Shown here: positions 12,148-25,416 of the stretch, piece after piece
Numbering within the stretch: the stretch's first letter is position 1
Layout: the number at the start of each line of letters is the position of its first letter
Assembly (NCBI GenBank): GCA_951406725.2
Contig: OX597817.1
Location: forward strand, 3,100,001-3,164,000
Direction: 5' to 3'
DNA from: Octopus vulgaris
Taxonomy: Eukaryota
DNA length: 64,000 bases
The notes under the pieces: model-generated
The model's input: the letters and a program-made list of their open reading frames with translations, nothing else
Told to the model about the DNA's origin: nothing
Databases searched by the model: none
Made by a program: the position numbers and the translations under genes

Positions 12148-12447
12148 TACTCAATAAGTCGTAGACAATCTTAAGCGATGGTGGTTATAACACAGGAGGT
12201 TCCAGCCGTGACCATTTCGTCATTACCAGACAGTATTTCTATGACTTACATTAATTAAAGTGTCTTTTCATTTTGTTTTTAACACGATAGGTAATTAGCT
12301 GAGGGAATTTGCAACTATTTCTATCTAGCAAGTCACACAATCGCATAGTCTCGCTCGTTAGATCATAGGTGGTGGCCATAGAATAGAATGGCTGAGAATA
12401 GTATTGGGAGAAGAAATAGTTTGATGATGACCTTGTTGGTGTTTGCT

Positions 12448-12679
12448 CTTTTACTCTTTTATTTGCTTCAGTCATTTGACTGCGGCCATGCTGGAGCACC
12501 GCCTTTATTTGAGCAAATCGACCCCAGGACTTATTCTTTATAAAAATAGCATATATTCTATCGGGTTCTTTTTGCCGAACCGCTAAGTTACGGGGACGTA
12601 AACACACCAACATCGGTTGTCAAGCGATGTTGGGGGCGGGGACAAACACGCAACACACGCACACATACATATATATACA

Positions 12680-12718
<39 letters not shown>

Positions 12719-12879
12719 GACGGGCTTCTTACAGTTTCCGTCCACCAAATGCACTCACAAGGCTTTGGTCGACCCGAGGCTATAGTAGGAGACACTTGCC
12801 CAAGGTGCCACGCAGTGGGACTGAACCCGGAACCATGTGGTTGGTAAGCAAGCTACTTACCACACAGTCACTCCTGCGC
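12448..12879 (-). mobile_element. SINE family A, full length
   Basis: Complete head to tail with internal (TA)n; 8-bp target-site duplication tgtttgct (12440-12447 and 12880-12887). Confidence 0.88.
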
Positions 12880-13279
12880 TGTTTGCTGCAAAACCATTAA
12901 CAATTGTTATATTGTATTGCTGACTCCACTGGCAACACCACCTAACGTTTAACTGAACTGTTTGTCTTAATATTTTTAAACAAGAACCAGCCTGTTTAGA
13001 ATATACCAGCAGCAGGAGTAGGTAAACAATACCTCTGCCGATCTTAGAAGAACCCTATAATCTAACTGCCATTTTAATCAGCATCTCTATCATTATAAAC
13101 ATTACTACCACTTTCATCACCGTTGCCGTCGTCTTCACAACCATCATTTCTATCACCACTATAATCATCATGATCAACATTATAACCACCGATAAAGGAA
13201 AAAAAGATAGTATTTCCGATCGTTTAGATCTGTTCATTTGACCTCCATTTTCCCGAGATAATATATATACCCAATACAA

Positions 13280-13509
13280 AGGCGGCGAACTGGCAGAAAC
13301 GTTAGCACGCCGGGCGAAATGCGTAACTGTATTTCGTCTGCCGTTACGTTCTGAATTCAAATTCCGCCGAGGTCGACTTTGCCTTTCATCCTTTCGGGGT
13401 CGATAAATTAAGTACCAGTTACGCACTGGGGTCGATGTAATCGACTTAGTCCTTTGTCTGTCCTTGTTTGTCCCCTCTGTGTTTAGCCCCTTGTGGGTAA
13501 TAAAGAAAC
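13280..13509 (+). mobile_element. SINE family B monomer
   Basis: Full head ggcggcgaactggcagaaacgttagc, B-box-like gaattcaaattcc; flanking duplication agataatatatataccc. Confidence 0.88.
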
Positions 13510-14699
13510 AGATAATATATATACCCGGTACAACATTAATGTCCTTTCATTCTTAAAGCTGGTAATGCCTGGTCCGAGAGAGAGAGAGTTGGCTATTATT
13601 TTTTACATATCGAGAAATCACATACTCCTCCCCACCCCATCTCGTTAGTACGGCGTCTTGCTAATTTGAATATTGCGAATGCAAACAGGTTCTCAGGAAA
13701 GTGAACGACGCACTGCGCCAACCCAAATGCCTACGAATCTGGTCTTTTTCCAGCTTTACTGCAGCCAATTTATTTGGTGAATTCTCTTACCTACTTCTCT
13801 TTCATCCATTCATTAAATTTTCAAAAGATTTCTGAAGCAAACAAACAAAAAAGTCCTTAATTACTTAATTCGGGAATTGAACGAATACATGCGAATATGT
13901 ATCTACTACTTAAGAAAGAGATTGGTGGGGGGAGAGAGAAAAATAGCGTTTTTTTTTTTTTGTTTCTTTTTTTTTACTCTTGTTTCATCAGAGAAGAAAA
14001 ACCAGCACCCGCACCTATAACCCTTCATTATTTCTGGGCCTCGGTAATTGTTGATAAGAAGGAAGAAGTTGTCCGCAAACCGGAAACCTGGTCCATATTG
14101 CTAAGGACCAGGTGGTGGTATTAAACCGAGCGACAGAGGAAGGATGGTAGAAAAAGAAAGTATATATCGAATATGAAGATGATGATTCCTTGTTGTCATC
14201 TCAGTCATATTGCATCGTCATAATTGTCGTCATTTTTTTGTTTTTCATGCTGCTATAGGCTTCACCCTTTCCTGTTTTCTAAGGTATTTTCATTCCTCTA
14301 GTTTTCTCGCGTCGAAAGCGACAAAAATTGTTAAATTACGGGTCTTTTCCTTACTGGAGAATATATATATAAAGACATCGCTTGTTGCTCAACCGGTGTT
14401 GATGAGAACACGTGGAAGCTACTTTCCCACATACGACGCTTGAGCAAAATATCTCTAATTCTTCTCGTTTATTAAGTAATGGACAGATGTGATACAACAT
14501 CTACATGAACCATCGATGGCTTACTACGTACATGCCGGAATTTAGGAATATACACGAGCACGTTGCAACATAATAGGGTAGGAGCATCACATGTGTGTTT
14601 AATGGAATCGGGAGGCAGGATCGATGTATCAATGTGTGTACATCTGTTCGTGTACATACATGTCCTTCGTGTCCGACACTTTGTCTCAAACAATTCGAT

Positions 14700-15078
14700 G
14701 CGACACCAGTGCAAAATCACTTCCCTCCGACAAGTCATCCCAACGAGACGTCTGCGTTGACTGGGTCATGCCCCTCCGTCGTCAACCAAGAGAAATCATC
14801 TACAAAGCAATTGCCCCAGCCCCCCTTCAGGTTTGGCGAAAGCGATGTGGTGAACAACGAAAAACCAGGCTGATGACAGTCAAGGCTGATCTAGAACCCA
14901 ACCTAGGCCCCCATATCTACGGCATTCGCCGCTGGAATAAGGAGTGGTTGGAGATCACGTGGTCGTTAGCCTCAAATCGCCAGGCCTGGTCGGCGTTTGT
15001 GAGAGATGCAGCATTGAGGATGAATGAAGCCAGCTCAACCCAACCCGGGTGAATGCTGTCTGAAGACAAGACATGACT
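14700..15078 (+). mobile_element. RTE-clade LINE 3' fragment
   Basis: RRLR*LGHA then LRRQPRE...KTRLMTVKADL...LASNRQAWSAFV, followed by a short caaga-type tail. Confidence 0.75.
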
Positions 15079-15082
15079 AAGC

Positions 15083-15132
<50 letters not shown>

Positions 15133-15194
15133 CTACTCTTCGTTGCTATGTTCTTTGTTTTGAACCTGTTCACGAACATAGCAACGAAGAGTAG
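15133..15194. repeat. Perfect 21-bp inverted repeat with 20-nt loop
   Basis: ctactcttcgttgctatgttc (15133-15153) pairs with gaacatagcaacgaagagtag (15174-15194). Confidence 0.95.
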
Positions 15195-16822
15195 TGCACA
15201 CACACACACAGAGAATAAGTCCTGGGGTCGATTTGTTCGACTGAAGGTGGTGCTCCAGCATGGCCGCAGTCAAACGACTGAAAGAAATTAAAGAATAAAA
15301 GAATAGTCAAACTAATAAATACATTTATACATGTGTATGTGCATTAGCATAGCCTCATATATTTGTTGAGTGTCTGATAACTAAGGCAATCATTCTGTGA
15401 GCTAAGCTCTGAATGGAATTTCGCTTAAAGCTATTTCACTCCATTTTGCTATCAACACCCTTGAGATAGATATGAACCTCATAAAACTGTCCGTTTTACT
15501 CTTTCCAAAAATGTGATGCATTGTTCTAGTCAGAAGTGACTAACCAACCAACCAACTCATCCCCACCCCACAACCAACATAGCCTAACTCACATCCCAGT
15601 ACCGATACCGACTTCTAATGTAAAGGAGAACCCACAGTACAATACCAGACTAAACGTATTGTTACATATTTACATCCTTAAAAGTATAGAGGATACAGGC
15701 ACTTAATCGCTGTTTGATTTTCATCTGCATGTCTGTGATTCATAAGAATTAAATACCAGTAATAAATTGGTTCGATTAAAAAATGAATGACACGTTTTAT
15801 TTTATTATAATTATCTATTGCAAACTATCCGTGAGTCGCTACTCGAATTCCAGCTACCTCTTACACATTCTCTATTTAACAAGTATATTATTCCACTCTA
15901 AGAATTTTGAACATTTTGTTTTATTTAATTGCGTTTCTTACCGGTATGTGTGTGTAATTCCAGCTGCCTCTTACACATTCTCTATTTAACAAGTATATAT
16001 CGCTTACTTTGACAATAACGTCTCTTGTGCTTAATGCACAACCACAATGTAATATATTTGGATATACATGCAAAATACAAATCAGTTATGTGTGAGTTTC
16101 GTTGTTTCTGATAATACCGATCGTCGTCAGAGCGGAAGTGCTTTGGTTTTTGCAGCAGTTCTGTTTATATATATAGTTTGGGTTGTTCCATTTTATCGAA
16201 GGCTGGAGATTGTGGCGGGGATAAATCTGTTGTTTTAAAACTTTATTATTATTTTTCGCCCAGTAAATGAACTTACTTTGAAAAAGCTTCCTATGGCAAA
16301 CGTTCAGACAATACGTATGAAATCTGTTGTACTCGCCTTTCTGCTATAAGGCAAAAAGCCTGAAAATGTTTTGTACGTGTGTGTGGTGGGGATACTCAAT
16401 TACATCGACCTAGTGCTTAACTGGTACTTCTTTTATCGATCCCGAAAAGATGGAAGGCAAAATCGATCCCAGCGGAATTTGAAATCAGAACTATAGCCGA
16501 AAGAAATGCCGCGAAGCATTTTTTCCGGTATGCTAACGGTTCTGTTACCACCTTAATAGCATATAACAAAGCGCGTATGCACACACACACGTTGTACACC
16601 AGTCCACGGCAATGGATTGGTAGAATTCCAATAGCATTGGACAGAATGCCTTGTGATGTTTGTTCCAGTTCTTCTGTTTCTGACTTCGTCTTCAACACCG
16701 CTGCTGCCAAGGTATATTTGCATTTGGCTTTTCTTCAGACAACATTAGTGGCGTGGAGAAGGGGACACTTATGGCTTCAAATACACGTTCCCACACACAC
16801 ACACTCTCACACACATTTGGGA

Positions 16823-17128
16823 GTAGAGGCACATGGCCTAGTGGTTAGAGCAGCGGACTTGCGGTCGAGAGATCGTGGGTTCGAATCTCAGACTGGGTGA
16901 TGTGTGTGTGTGTTTATGAGCAAAACACCTAAGTTCCACGTGGCTCTGGCAGAAGGTAATGGCGAACTTCTGACTCTTTCGCCACAACTTTCTCTCACTC
17001 TTTCCTCCTGCATATTGCAGCTCACCAGCGATGGACCGGCGTCCCGTCCAGGTGAGGGATCCTATACGCCTAGGAAACCGGGAAACCGGCCCTTATGAGC
17101 CAGGCATGGCTCGAGAAAGAACAAACAA
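16823..17128 (+). mobile_element. SINE family C (tRNA-derived head, V-domain-like block)
   Basis: A box tggcctagtggttagagc, B box gggttcgaatctc, block gcgatggaccggcgtcccgtccagg; 12-bp target-site duplication acacatttggga. Confidence 0.88.
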
Positions 17129-17392
17129 ACACATTTGGGACCGAGTGCACTCGCATCTTCTCCATGACCACTCACACACGCGTCACGCACAAATGCACAT
17201 GAAGGGGTATGTACACCCAAAAATACGTCTACAATTTTCAGTTTATTAATGAATGTTCATCTCTGTATACACCTAAGTACACACTCGTATACTCACACAA
17301 GCAAACAATTGAACATTCTTATGCATCATCTTTGTCCAAGTGTCAATACGTTGCCGATAGTTCTTACAAAAGTAACCGTTTTCTATCTTCAG

Positions 17393-17584
17393 GTGCTACT
17401 AAATATCGGACAGAACGAGAAGCTGAGGTTTATCATCAGAAGAACAACGAAGAATGGTCACCAAACAATGCTTCCACTGATTCTCCAAATTTGAAGATGG
17501 GTTGGAAAGCCATTTTGAGCTCGTTAAAAATACTTACTTCAAATCCGACCTTCATGTTTTTAAATTTATCAGCTGCCTGTGAAA
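17393..17584 (+). CDS. SLCO4A1: SLCO/OATP exon (cytoplasmic loop into TM7)
   Basis: ttcAG acceptor, GTaagt donor, phase 1/1 matches both neighbours. Encodes ATKYRTERE...SLKILTSNPTFMFLNLSAACE. Confidence 0.92.
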
Positions 17585-18361
17585 GTAAGTAGCTTTATTC
17601 GTTTTATTTTTTTCTCTTTTTAATCCCGCCTTATCAGGTTTCGGATTCTTGATTTCTGACGAAGGCCATATTCCTACTACGATGAGGCTGACCTTATCTC
17701 TCCTGAAGTCGTAACTCGTACCAACTACCTCTCTGAAGAATGAAGCAGAAAGCGCGCATGCATGAGAGAGATAGAGGGAGAAAGTTGAATTCCATTGTCA
17801 TTCATTGTCTTAGGAAGTTGAGTGATTTCTGTGTAAATCGATTGGCCTAGGTTTCGAACAAAAGTTCCTGCGTGGTCACACGACCTACAAGAAATAGAAG
17901 CCAACTTTTCATCAGATCACAAACCACGGCTTTAAGTTAGGAAAAGATACACTGGACAATAGTTTATGTACACATAAAACTAAGACAAAATCACTTTCAG
18001 AACATTGTTAAACCGAGTGCAAAGGGACGGCTTTGATTCTGTGACCAAAATTTTGTGTCACATTATAACGCTTTCATATCACTTGCAATTAATAAAATAC
18101 CATTGAGAACAGCATTAATAGCATCTACGGGCATAGAAATACAAGTGTCTCTGAATCACAAAAATAAATATAGTTAAATTCTGAAATAAAGACTTTCAGC
18201 GAAATGAAACAATCATAACCTAGTTTCGTTCTCTTGTTGTAACCATTTGATTTCATTTAATTAATTAATATAATTAAAAGAAAACGTATAACGTAATTCA
18301 ATTACATATAAATTTATAACCTTATAATTAATTTAAGAGTAGCTTTTTAAGGATTTTTAGC

Positions 18362-18515
18362 AAGAAACATCTAGTAGCGATAGATTAGTGAGGAACCTAT
18401 AAGAGACAAGTATTCGAAACACGGTTGTAATCAATGTATTTTCAGTACATTTTTTTGTGATATTTTTGGAGATGCAATTGTTCTAGAACTTCGTTTGCCC
18501 TTAACTGTAAATCAA
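18362..18515 (+). repeat. 154-bp direct repeat, copy 1
   Basis: Collinear, highly similar to 20554-20707. Confidence 0.9.
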
Positions 18516-19177
18516 ATAATTTTGTAACTATTCATAGCATCTATTTTAAAAGCTCTTACTTGATCTTTGCAACAACTGTTAAATGATATCGCTATAAAAC
18601 CATTAAATGTCATACGTTTTGAGTTCCGTTTGACAAAATGTGTGTGTGTGTGTGTGTGTGTACTCAGGCTTGGAGGTGTAACTCAGAAATTTGCTCCCAA
18701 TTTACGTGGTTTCGGGTTCGGTCCTACTGTGAGGCACCTTAGAAAAGTATTGTAGCTCCAGGCCAGCCAAAGCCTTGTGAATAGGTTTGTTGAACAAAAT
18801 TTGAGATAAACCAAGCGTTTGCACCCACGCACGCGCGCACACATACACACACACACATGCACACATACACACACACATACACACACACACACATACACAC
18901 ATTTTTGTGTGTGTGCACGAGTGTGTTTGCGTTTCCTTCTCTTAACATTGCGTGATAGTTGTAAATGGGCGCACCATCACACATGCGGTGTCATGTTATT
19001 CGTTCTCAACCTTTCTTGGAAACAAATCCGGCCATATGGAACCATCATCTTGCTCGAAAACAGACATGGGTTGATGATACGAATGACATCTGGCGTACAA
19101 AATCAGCCCCATTCATCTCCGTTCGAACCATGCAAGCATGGAAAAGTGGACGTTAAAACGATATTATATATAGGTAG

Positions 19178-19335
19178 GTATGTGTGGCTGTGTGGTAAGA
19201 AACATGCTTCCAAACCAGATGTTTCAGGTTCAGTCCCACTGTGTGGCACCTCGAGCAAGTGTCTTCTACCATATCCTCGGTCCGACCAAAGACTTGTGAG
19301 TGGGTTTGGTAGGCGGAAACTGAAAGAAGCTTGTC

Positions 19336-19386
<51 letters not shown>

Positions 19387-19625
19387 GTGTGTGTGTGTGT
19401 ATGCCTTTCTGTCTGTTTGCCCATCCCCCATCACCACTCATCACCGCTTGACAACCGCTGTGTCGTGTTGGTGTGTCTACGTCCCTGTTACTTAGCGGTT
19501 CGACAAGATCGATAGAATAAGTACTAGGCTTAGGAAATAAGTCTTGAGGTCGAATTCTTCGACTAAAACCCCTCAAGTTGGGGCTCCAACATGGCCACAT
19601 TCAAATGTCTGAAACACATTAAAAA
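19178..19625 (+). mobile_element. SINE family A, full length, diverged
   Basis: Head, CORE-like block, (TA)n and tail all present. Confidence 0.8.
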
Positions 19626-20553
19626 ATTTTTTGAAGTGTATGTGTGTGTGTTAATAAATACTATCTCGAGAAAAAATTCAGGGCGAAATAATCAATTACA
19701 GCTGAAATTTTACAATCATTATTCTCATTTCGGTTCGTCAAACGGTTACAACAATTACGAACTAGCTAACTGATTTTCTATGGAATCATCTGAAAGCAGT
19801 TCTTTGTGCTCACTGGTTGATGGGAATAACAGAATAGCTGGCAACATAGATTAATATATTCCAAATTAGAATAAAGCGTTAGGCGAGTACAGAGCGCAAT
19901 ATTAATTAGTGAATGGCAAAAGAGCAAGCGTTACGTAATCACCTTCATTAACGAACAGAATTAAAATATTTAAAGTTGAAAGTTTTAAATTTATCAATTT
20001 GTATCCTCAACATCGATGTTGCAAAAACCAAGAAAAATAATTCTTGTTTTTTCATTTGAATAATCTTTACTCCCTCGGGTTCAAATTTCTCAAAATGATC
20101 TGGAACTTGAGCTATTCGAAGCGATCTTTTTCTCAGACAATCAAAGCTGGAAAAAAAAAAATTCATCCTCTTCTCATAAGTCTTCAAAAATAAAGGATTA
20201 TCCATTTTTACGGAAATTTAAATTTCTGGATTTTAAATCGTATTTCGATAAAGTTGTGTTCGAATTGGATTCGTTTTACTGGCGCAAATCCTGTTTTTTT
20301 TTTTCATGAACTTAAACCGGATGAATAAGGATTCTGTTAAGTGTGGGGGGGGAATGAATAGTGACCTCTTTTGTTTCTTTTCCAGTATTCATATGGAGGC
20401 TACCAACTCGTACCTTGTTTCAAACCTAAATATTTGTATGCATCTAAGTTGATACATACAAATTTTAGAATATATTCTTTTGATCTTTGAATATTCGTAA
20501 CCTTTCACAATAGTTACATACCGAATATTCCGAGCTTTCTATGAGATCAATGA

Positions 20554-20707
20554 AAGAAACATCTATTAGCGGTAGACTAGTGAGGAACCGATAAGAGACA
20601 AGTATTCGAAACACGGTTGTAATCAATGTATTTTCAGTACATTTTTTGGTGATATTTTTGGAGATGCAATAGTTCCGGAACTTCATTTACCCTTAACTGT
20701 AAATCAA
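20554..20707 (+). repeat. 154-bp direct repeat, copy 2
   Basis: Collinear, highly similar to 18362-18515. Confidence 0.9.
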
Positions 20708-21901
20708 TTGAAGCGGCGGCGTGTGTCCGCAATTGCCACTGGAGAGGCGGCGTGTGTTCGTAACTCCCAGGGAAGCAAGAGACATATACTGTACTTATAT
20801 CAACGACAGCAATTACTCAGAACGTCGTTGGCTGTGACAGCTTCAGTATTCGTATACCAGGATGTCGACTACAAATATTTAACTTCGTAACTATTACAAC
20901 TATAGCGATTATTAAACGTCACCATTTACTCCTTCTACAACTGTAACAAATTGATGCCACTCTATTTTACACAATGAAAATATAGTTAACTAAATAAATA
21001 AATATTGACAATTTAGGTCATGGGGGTCTAGCTTGTCTCTAGTCGCTTTTTGGACTATATAATATTCCATTGTTTAATATCTAATTAAATTCAGTTTTTT
21101 TTTGCGGGGGGGGGGGTATCTAAGTCAGAGAAAGACAGTCTGTATCTGAGAATTTTGTGCTTTGTCTCCAAGACAGTTGGAGTGACAGGGAGAAAGAAAT
21201 AATGATATGTGGATCGTTGCAATAGGAAACGGTACATCAAGATATTGAGTTATCTTCAGAACGGAGATCCAGTGTGAATACTTGTAGCAGAGTAGCCAGT
21301 TCAAGCATACCTTGTGTGGAGAGCGTCAGCTGAGAGGATGAAGCTCGAAGGAGCCTTTTAATCCAATTTCCCTTAAAAGTTTTGTCCGAAATAATTTCAT
21401 CTACACCTTTATACAATTACAAGCTCTAATTTATCTATTCACTGGAGATAACAAAGGGAAGCGCAAGCATGTATACACGTACACAGGTCAGCTTACATAC
21501 GCACCTGCACACACTTACTCGTAGACGTAATGAACTAGCCACATGCACACAGTCATACACATGTACAACGAAGCATACAGCCACATCACTTTACATACAC
21601 ATACTCACACCTTGCATGATATTCATGCCATGGTTACTAAAGTTACAAGCTAGTTCGATCAACAGTTTCTCTTTCCAAGGCAGAAATTACTATTGAGTAT
21701 CTGTGTGATAAGAGGGATGAGAAGGTGGAGGAAGGGACAAAGTAAAGCAGCGCATGAGGGTGAAGCAGTACATAAATGTTTACCTGTGAGGAATGCGTAA
21801 CAGAAAAGAAGCAAAGCAAATAGAGAAGCCGACGACAATGGTGGTAGCCTCTGTCGACAACAGTTAATCAATCAAATAGTTTAAGTATATAAAGTATATA
21901 A

Positions 21902-22677
21902 AGGCGGCGAGCTGGCAGAAACGTTAGCACGCCGGGCGAAATGCTTAGAGATATTTCGTCTGCCGTTACATTCTGAGGTCAAATTCCGTCGAGGTCGACT
22001 TTGCCTTTCATCCTTTCGGGGTTGATTAAATAAGTACCAGTTACGCACTGAGGTCGATGTAATCGACTTAATACCTATGTCTGTCCTTGTTTGTCCCCTC
22101 TATTTTTAGCCCCTTGTGGGTAGTAAAGAAATAGGTATTTCGTCTGCCGCTACGTTGTGAGTTCAAATTCCGCCGAGGTCGACTTTGCCTTTCATCCTTT
22201 CGGGGTCGATAAATTAAGTACCAGTTACGCACTGGGGTCGATGTAATCGACTTAATACCTATGTCTGTCCTTGTTTGTCCCCTCTATGTTTAGCCCCTTG
22301 TGGGTTGTAAAGAAATAGGTATTTCGTCTGCCGCTACGTTCTGAGGTCAAATTCCGTCGAGGTCGACTTTGCCTTTCATCCTTTCGGGGTCGATAAATTA
22401 AGCACCAGTTACGCACTGGGGTCGATGTAATCGACTTAATCCGTTTGTCTGTTCTTGTTTGTCCTCTCTATTTTTAGCCCCTTGTGGGTACTAAAGAAAT
22501 AGTATTTCGTCTGCCGCTACGTTCTGACTTCAAATTCCGCTAAGGTCGACTTTGCTTTCATCCTTTCGGGGTCGATTAAATAAGTACCAGTTGCGCACTG
22601 GAGTCGATATAATCAAATCAATCCGTTTGTCTGCCCTTGTTTATCCCCTCTATGTTTAGCCCCTTGTGGGAAATAAG
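21902..22677 (+). mobile_element. SINE family B head-to-tail tetramer
   Basis: One complete head plus units of 183-184 bp restarting at 22135, 22319 and 22502; flanked by aatagtttaagtatat on both sides. Confidence 0.9.
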
Positions 22678-23116
22678 AATAGTTTAAGTATATTTAATTG
22701 TTTTATCTATTTATTTTTTGCTGCTTAGTCAAAGACATAAGGGAGCCACCCACGATCCTTTATTTTACTCAGAAACTCCGAAATTGATGGGAAGAAAAGT
22801 TATTCTCAAACCGGAGAGCTTGTCCAAATACTTGTAACAGAAACTCAATAATGAGTGAGTCTTTTAATGGTCTCTCGACCCGCTAGAGTCGCCAACTAAT
22901 TTTCACGTTGAGCAGTCCCCTTCATTGGACAGATAGGAACTATCCACCGTTTATACTCATTAATCGTTGATGTGGATACTACGGTTTGCTTTGTTGATAT
23001 TTTTACGGTCTTTGTGCATTTTACTTGTTGAAAATATAAACATTCTGCTCTATAATTATTATTAATTTCTCTTTCTTTCTCTCTCTCTCTTTTTTTTCGA
23101 TTCTACTTCTTCCTAG

Positions 23117-23206
23117 GTATTATACTCAGTGGGTTTGCTACATTCGCTCCTAAATTTATAGAGTCCCAGTTCAGTCTGTCAGCATCAGTATCTGCTGTAT
23201 ATGTCG
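23117..23206 (+). CDS. SLCO4A1: SLCO/OATP exon (90 bp, absent from the ORF track)
   Basis: cctAG acceptor, GTaagt donor, phase 1/1. Encodes IILSGFATFAPKFIESQFSLSASVSAVYV (OATP F-x-P-K-F/Y-x-E-x-Q-F motif). Confidence 0.93.
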
Positions 23207-23244
23207 GTAAGTCACATTGCCTCTCCTCTCTCTCTCTCTCTCCA

Positions 23245-23295
<51 letters not shown>

Positions 23296-23704
23296 ATTTT
23301 CTGTCTCTTATTTTCTATTTCTCTCTTGTTTTCTGTCGGCCTCTTCTTTCTCTTTCTTTACCCCTCCCCTGCTCTCTCGTCACCTCTTTTAAAAAAAATT
23401 TGACACCATTAATGGAATATGTGCGCGCACATTTATTTCAATGTCTCTCTTCTTAGATACATACACACACACACACACACACACATAATGTGTGTATGTG
23501 TATAATATCCATAAGTGGATATTCCATTTTTACATCGTATGTATTTGTTTCGTCCTTACATGGCTCTTCAGGTGATTACTTCAGGTACCATCTAAAGGGA
23601 GAAATTAATAGCTGTGGGATAAAGGCAGGATTTCCTGCATATATAATGTGTGTGTGTAATTAGATTTTATAACTATATCTCTCCTCTCTTTCTACCTTTT
23701 GTAG

Positions 23705-23903
23705 GTTACGCTCTAGTTCCAGCAGGAGGTGGTGGGACATTTCTTGGCGGTGTCTTAGTCCGAATGTTAAAACTTAAAGTACGAGGAATTATACGGATGT
23801 GTTTGGGTCTTTCTACAGTTTTACTTGTATTAATGTTAATATTTCTACTACGGTGCCAGAATAATAGTTTTGTTGGTATAAATGTACCCTACTCTGTCAA
23901 CAG
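23705..23903 (+). CDS. SLCO4A1: SLCO/OATP exon
   Basis: tttgtAG acceptor, GTaagt donor, phase 1/2. Encodes YALVPAGGGGTFLGGVLVRMLKLK...LRCQNNSFVGINVPY. Confidence 0.93.
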
Positions 23904-23914
23904 GTAAGTTTGTT

Positions 23915-24142
23915 TATCATTCATTATACCGTATTTATTTTGAGATACTCTGTGTTTCTTTCAATTATTTTAAATATAACAAAGAATTTAGTAAAATAAC
24001 TTAGCTATCATTAAGCTAGTGTTAGGAATATAAATTGCAACTAAGGTTTGGTTGTATATTTTGATGCAAAACTTATGAAAACAAGACATTTGTACTACAG
24101 AGCCAGAGCCGGTTTTGGCCGGGTTAGTAACGAAAGGGTTAA
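23915..24142. mobile_element. Probable piggyBac-type MITE remnant
   Basis: Right end ...gtaacgaaagggTTAA; left end is degenerate. Confidence 0.4.
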
Positions 24143-25006
24143 TTTATTATTCAAATTTTATCATGTCATGCATGCAGTTATATAGACAAAGATGGTTATA
24201 AATATGCATATACTTACAAGTCAATGAAAGTCCCTCTATATGATCGTTTGATCGGTATGAAATAGCAACCAAATCACCTGCACACATTTTACTGTCCCAT
24301 AAAAGTAAGATCACATTGAATGATAATATTGGCAATAAATAAGATAAAACAGATCTATTGATATATGTTTGATCACAAGTTTGCTCGTCCGGTTTAATAT
24401 GTTGCTAAGCAACAGCAGTTTAATTTCTTCTTTTTTTCTATAGCTATCCACGACATCTGCCCTTTCTCAATTAGAGAACCACATCACTTTGATGTTTCTC
24501 CAGGGAACAAACCTATCACACATTGAATGATTCTGCATTCTCCTCTCCCTGCTACCATTTAGGTTTCTTGTTTTATTGAAAAAATATATATTAAAAAAAT
24601 GGCAGGAACGTGTATGCGACATTGTCAGATTGTTATATCGCACGATACAATCAAAACGCTGACTAAGAAAATGTGCAGTATGGTTTGGCAGATATTTGAT
24701 ATGATGCATCAGGAATCGCTAACGAAAATCGATCGCTTTAATTTCGTGGCATAAACTGGCCCGTTCAGATCTGATTGGTGGTTTCTTAGTGACAAAATCC
24801 CAACCAGTGAGAAGCATAACGGCAGAACTTTGAATACATACACAATTATATAGCCCTCACTAATTATTCTGGTACTTCAAAGGGAGCGCGACTTAAGTAC
24901 AAAACACACACAGCGGTATTTGTTATTAAAGTGTGGGAAATACGAGGACTGAACTGTCTTCCGGAGTCAGTGGAATGTTATATTTGTGTGTGTGTGTGTG
25001 TGTGTG

Positions 25007-25041
<35 letters not shown>

Positions 25042-25301
25042 GAAAATTCAGCACTCTGTCATATTTGCCACACTAAATATTGTTTTAATGACAACAAATA
25101 TTGAAACTTATTGACTAAAAACGTTCTCTTTGAAATGACAGAATAATCTGTGATGGTCATAGTATTTTGTATGTATTCAATGATCTCCAAAAATGATTCT
25201 CGATATAGGTGGTGGTGTTGCTAAAAAACCACCAATCTATGGCACGAAGGGAAACGATTGACTTTTGCTTTTGACTTCTAGAATATCAAATACCCATAGA
25301 A

Positions 25302-25377
<76 letters not shown>

Positions 25378-25416
25378 TATATAAAGACAAAGTATATATA
25401 ATGTCATTATATATTA

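Noticed and set aside
16095-16140. Minus-strand CTGACGA..GAAA
   Set aside because: Stems I and III do not pair.
16823-16895. tRNA gene (also 44020-44092 and 45070-45137)
   Set aside because: SINE heads continuing into SINE bodies; two of the three have target-site duplications.
17650-17765. Hammerhead from CTGACGA or CTGAAGA..GAAA-GCGCGC
   Set aside because: No UH site or closing stem I could be formed.
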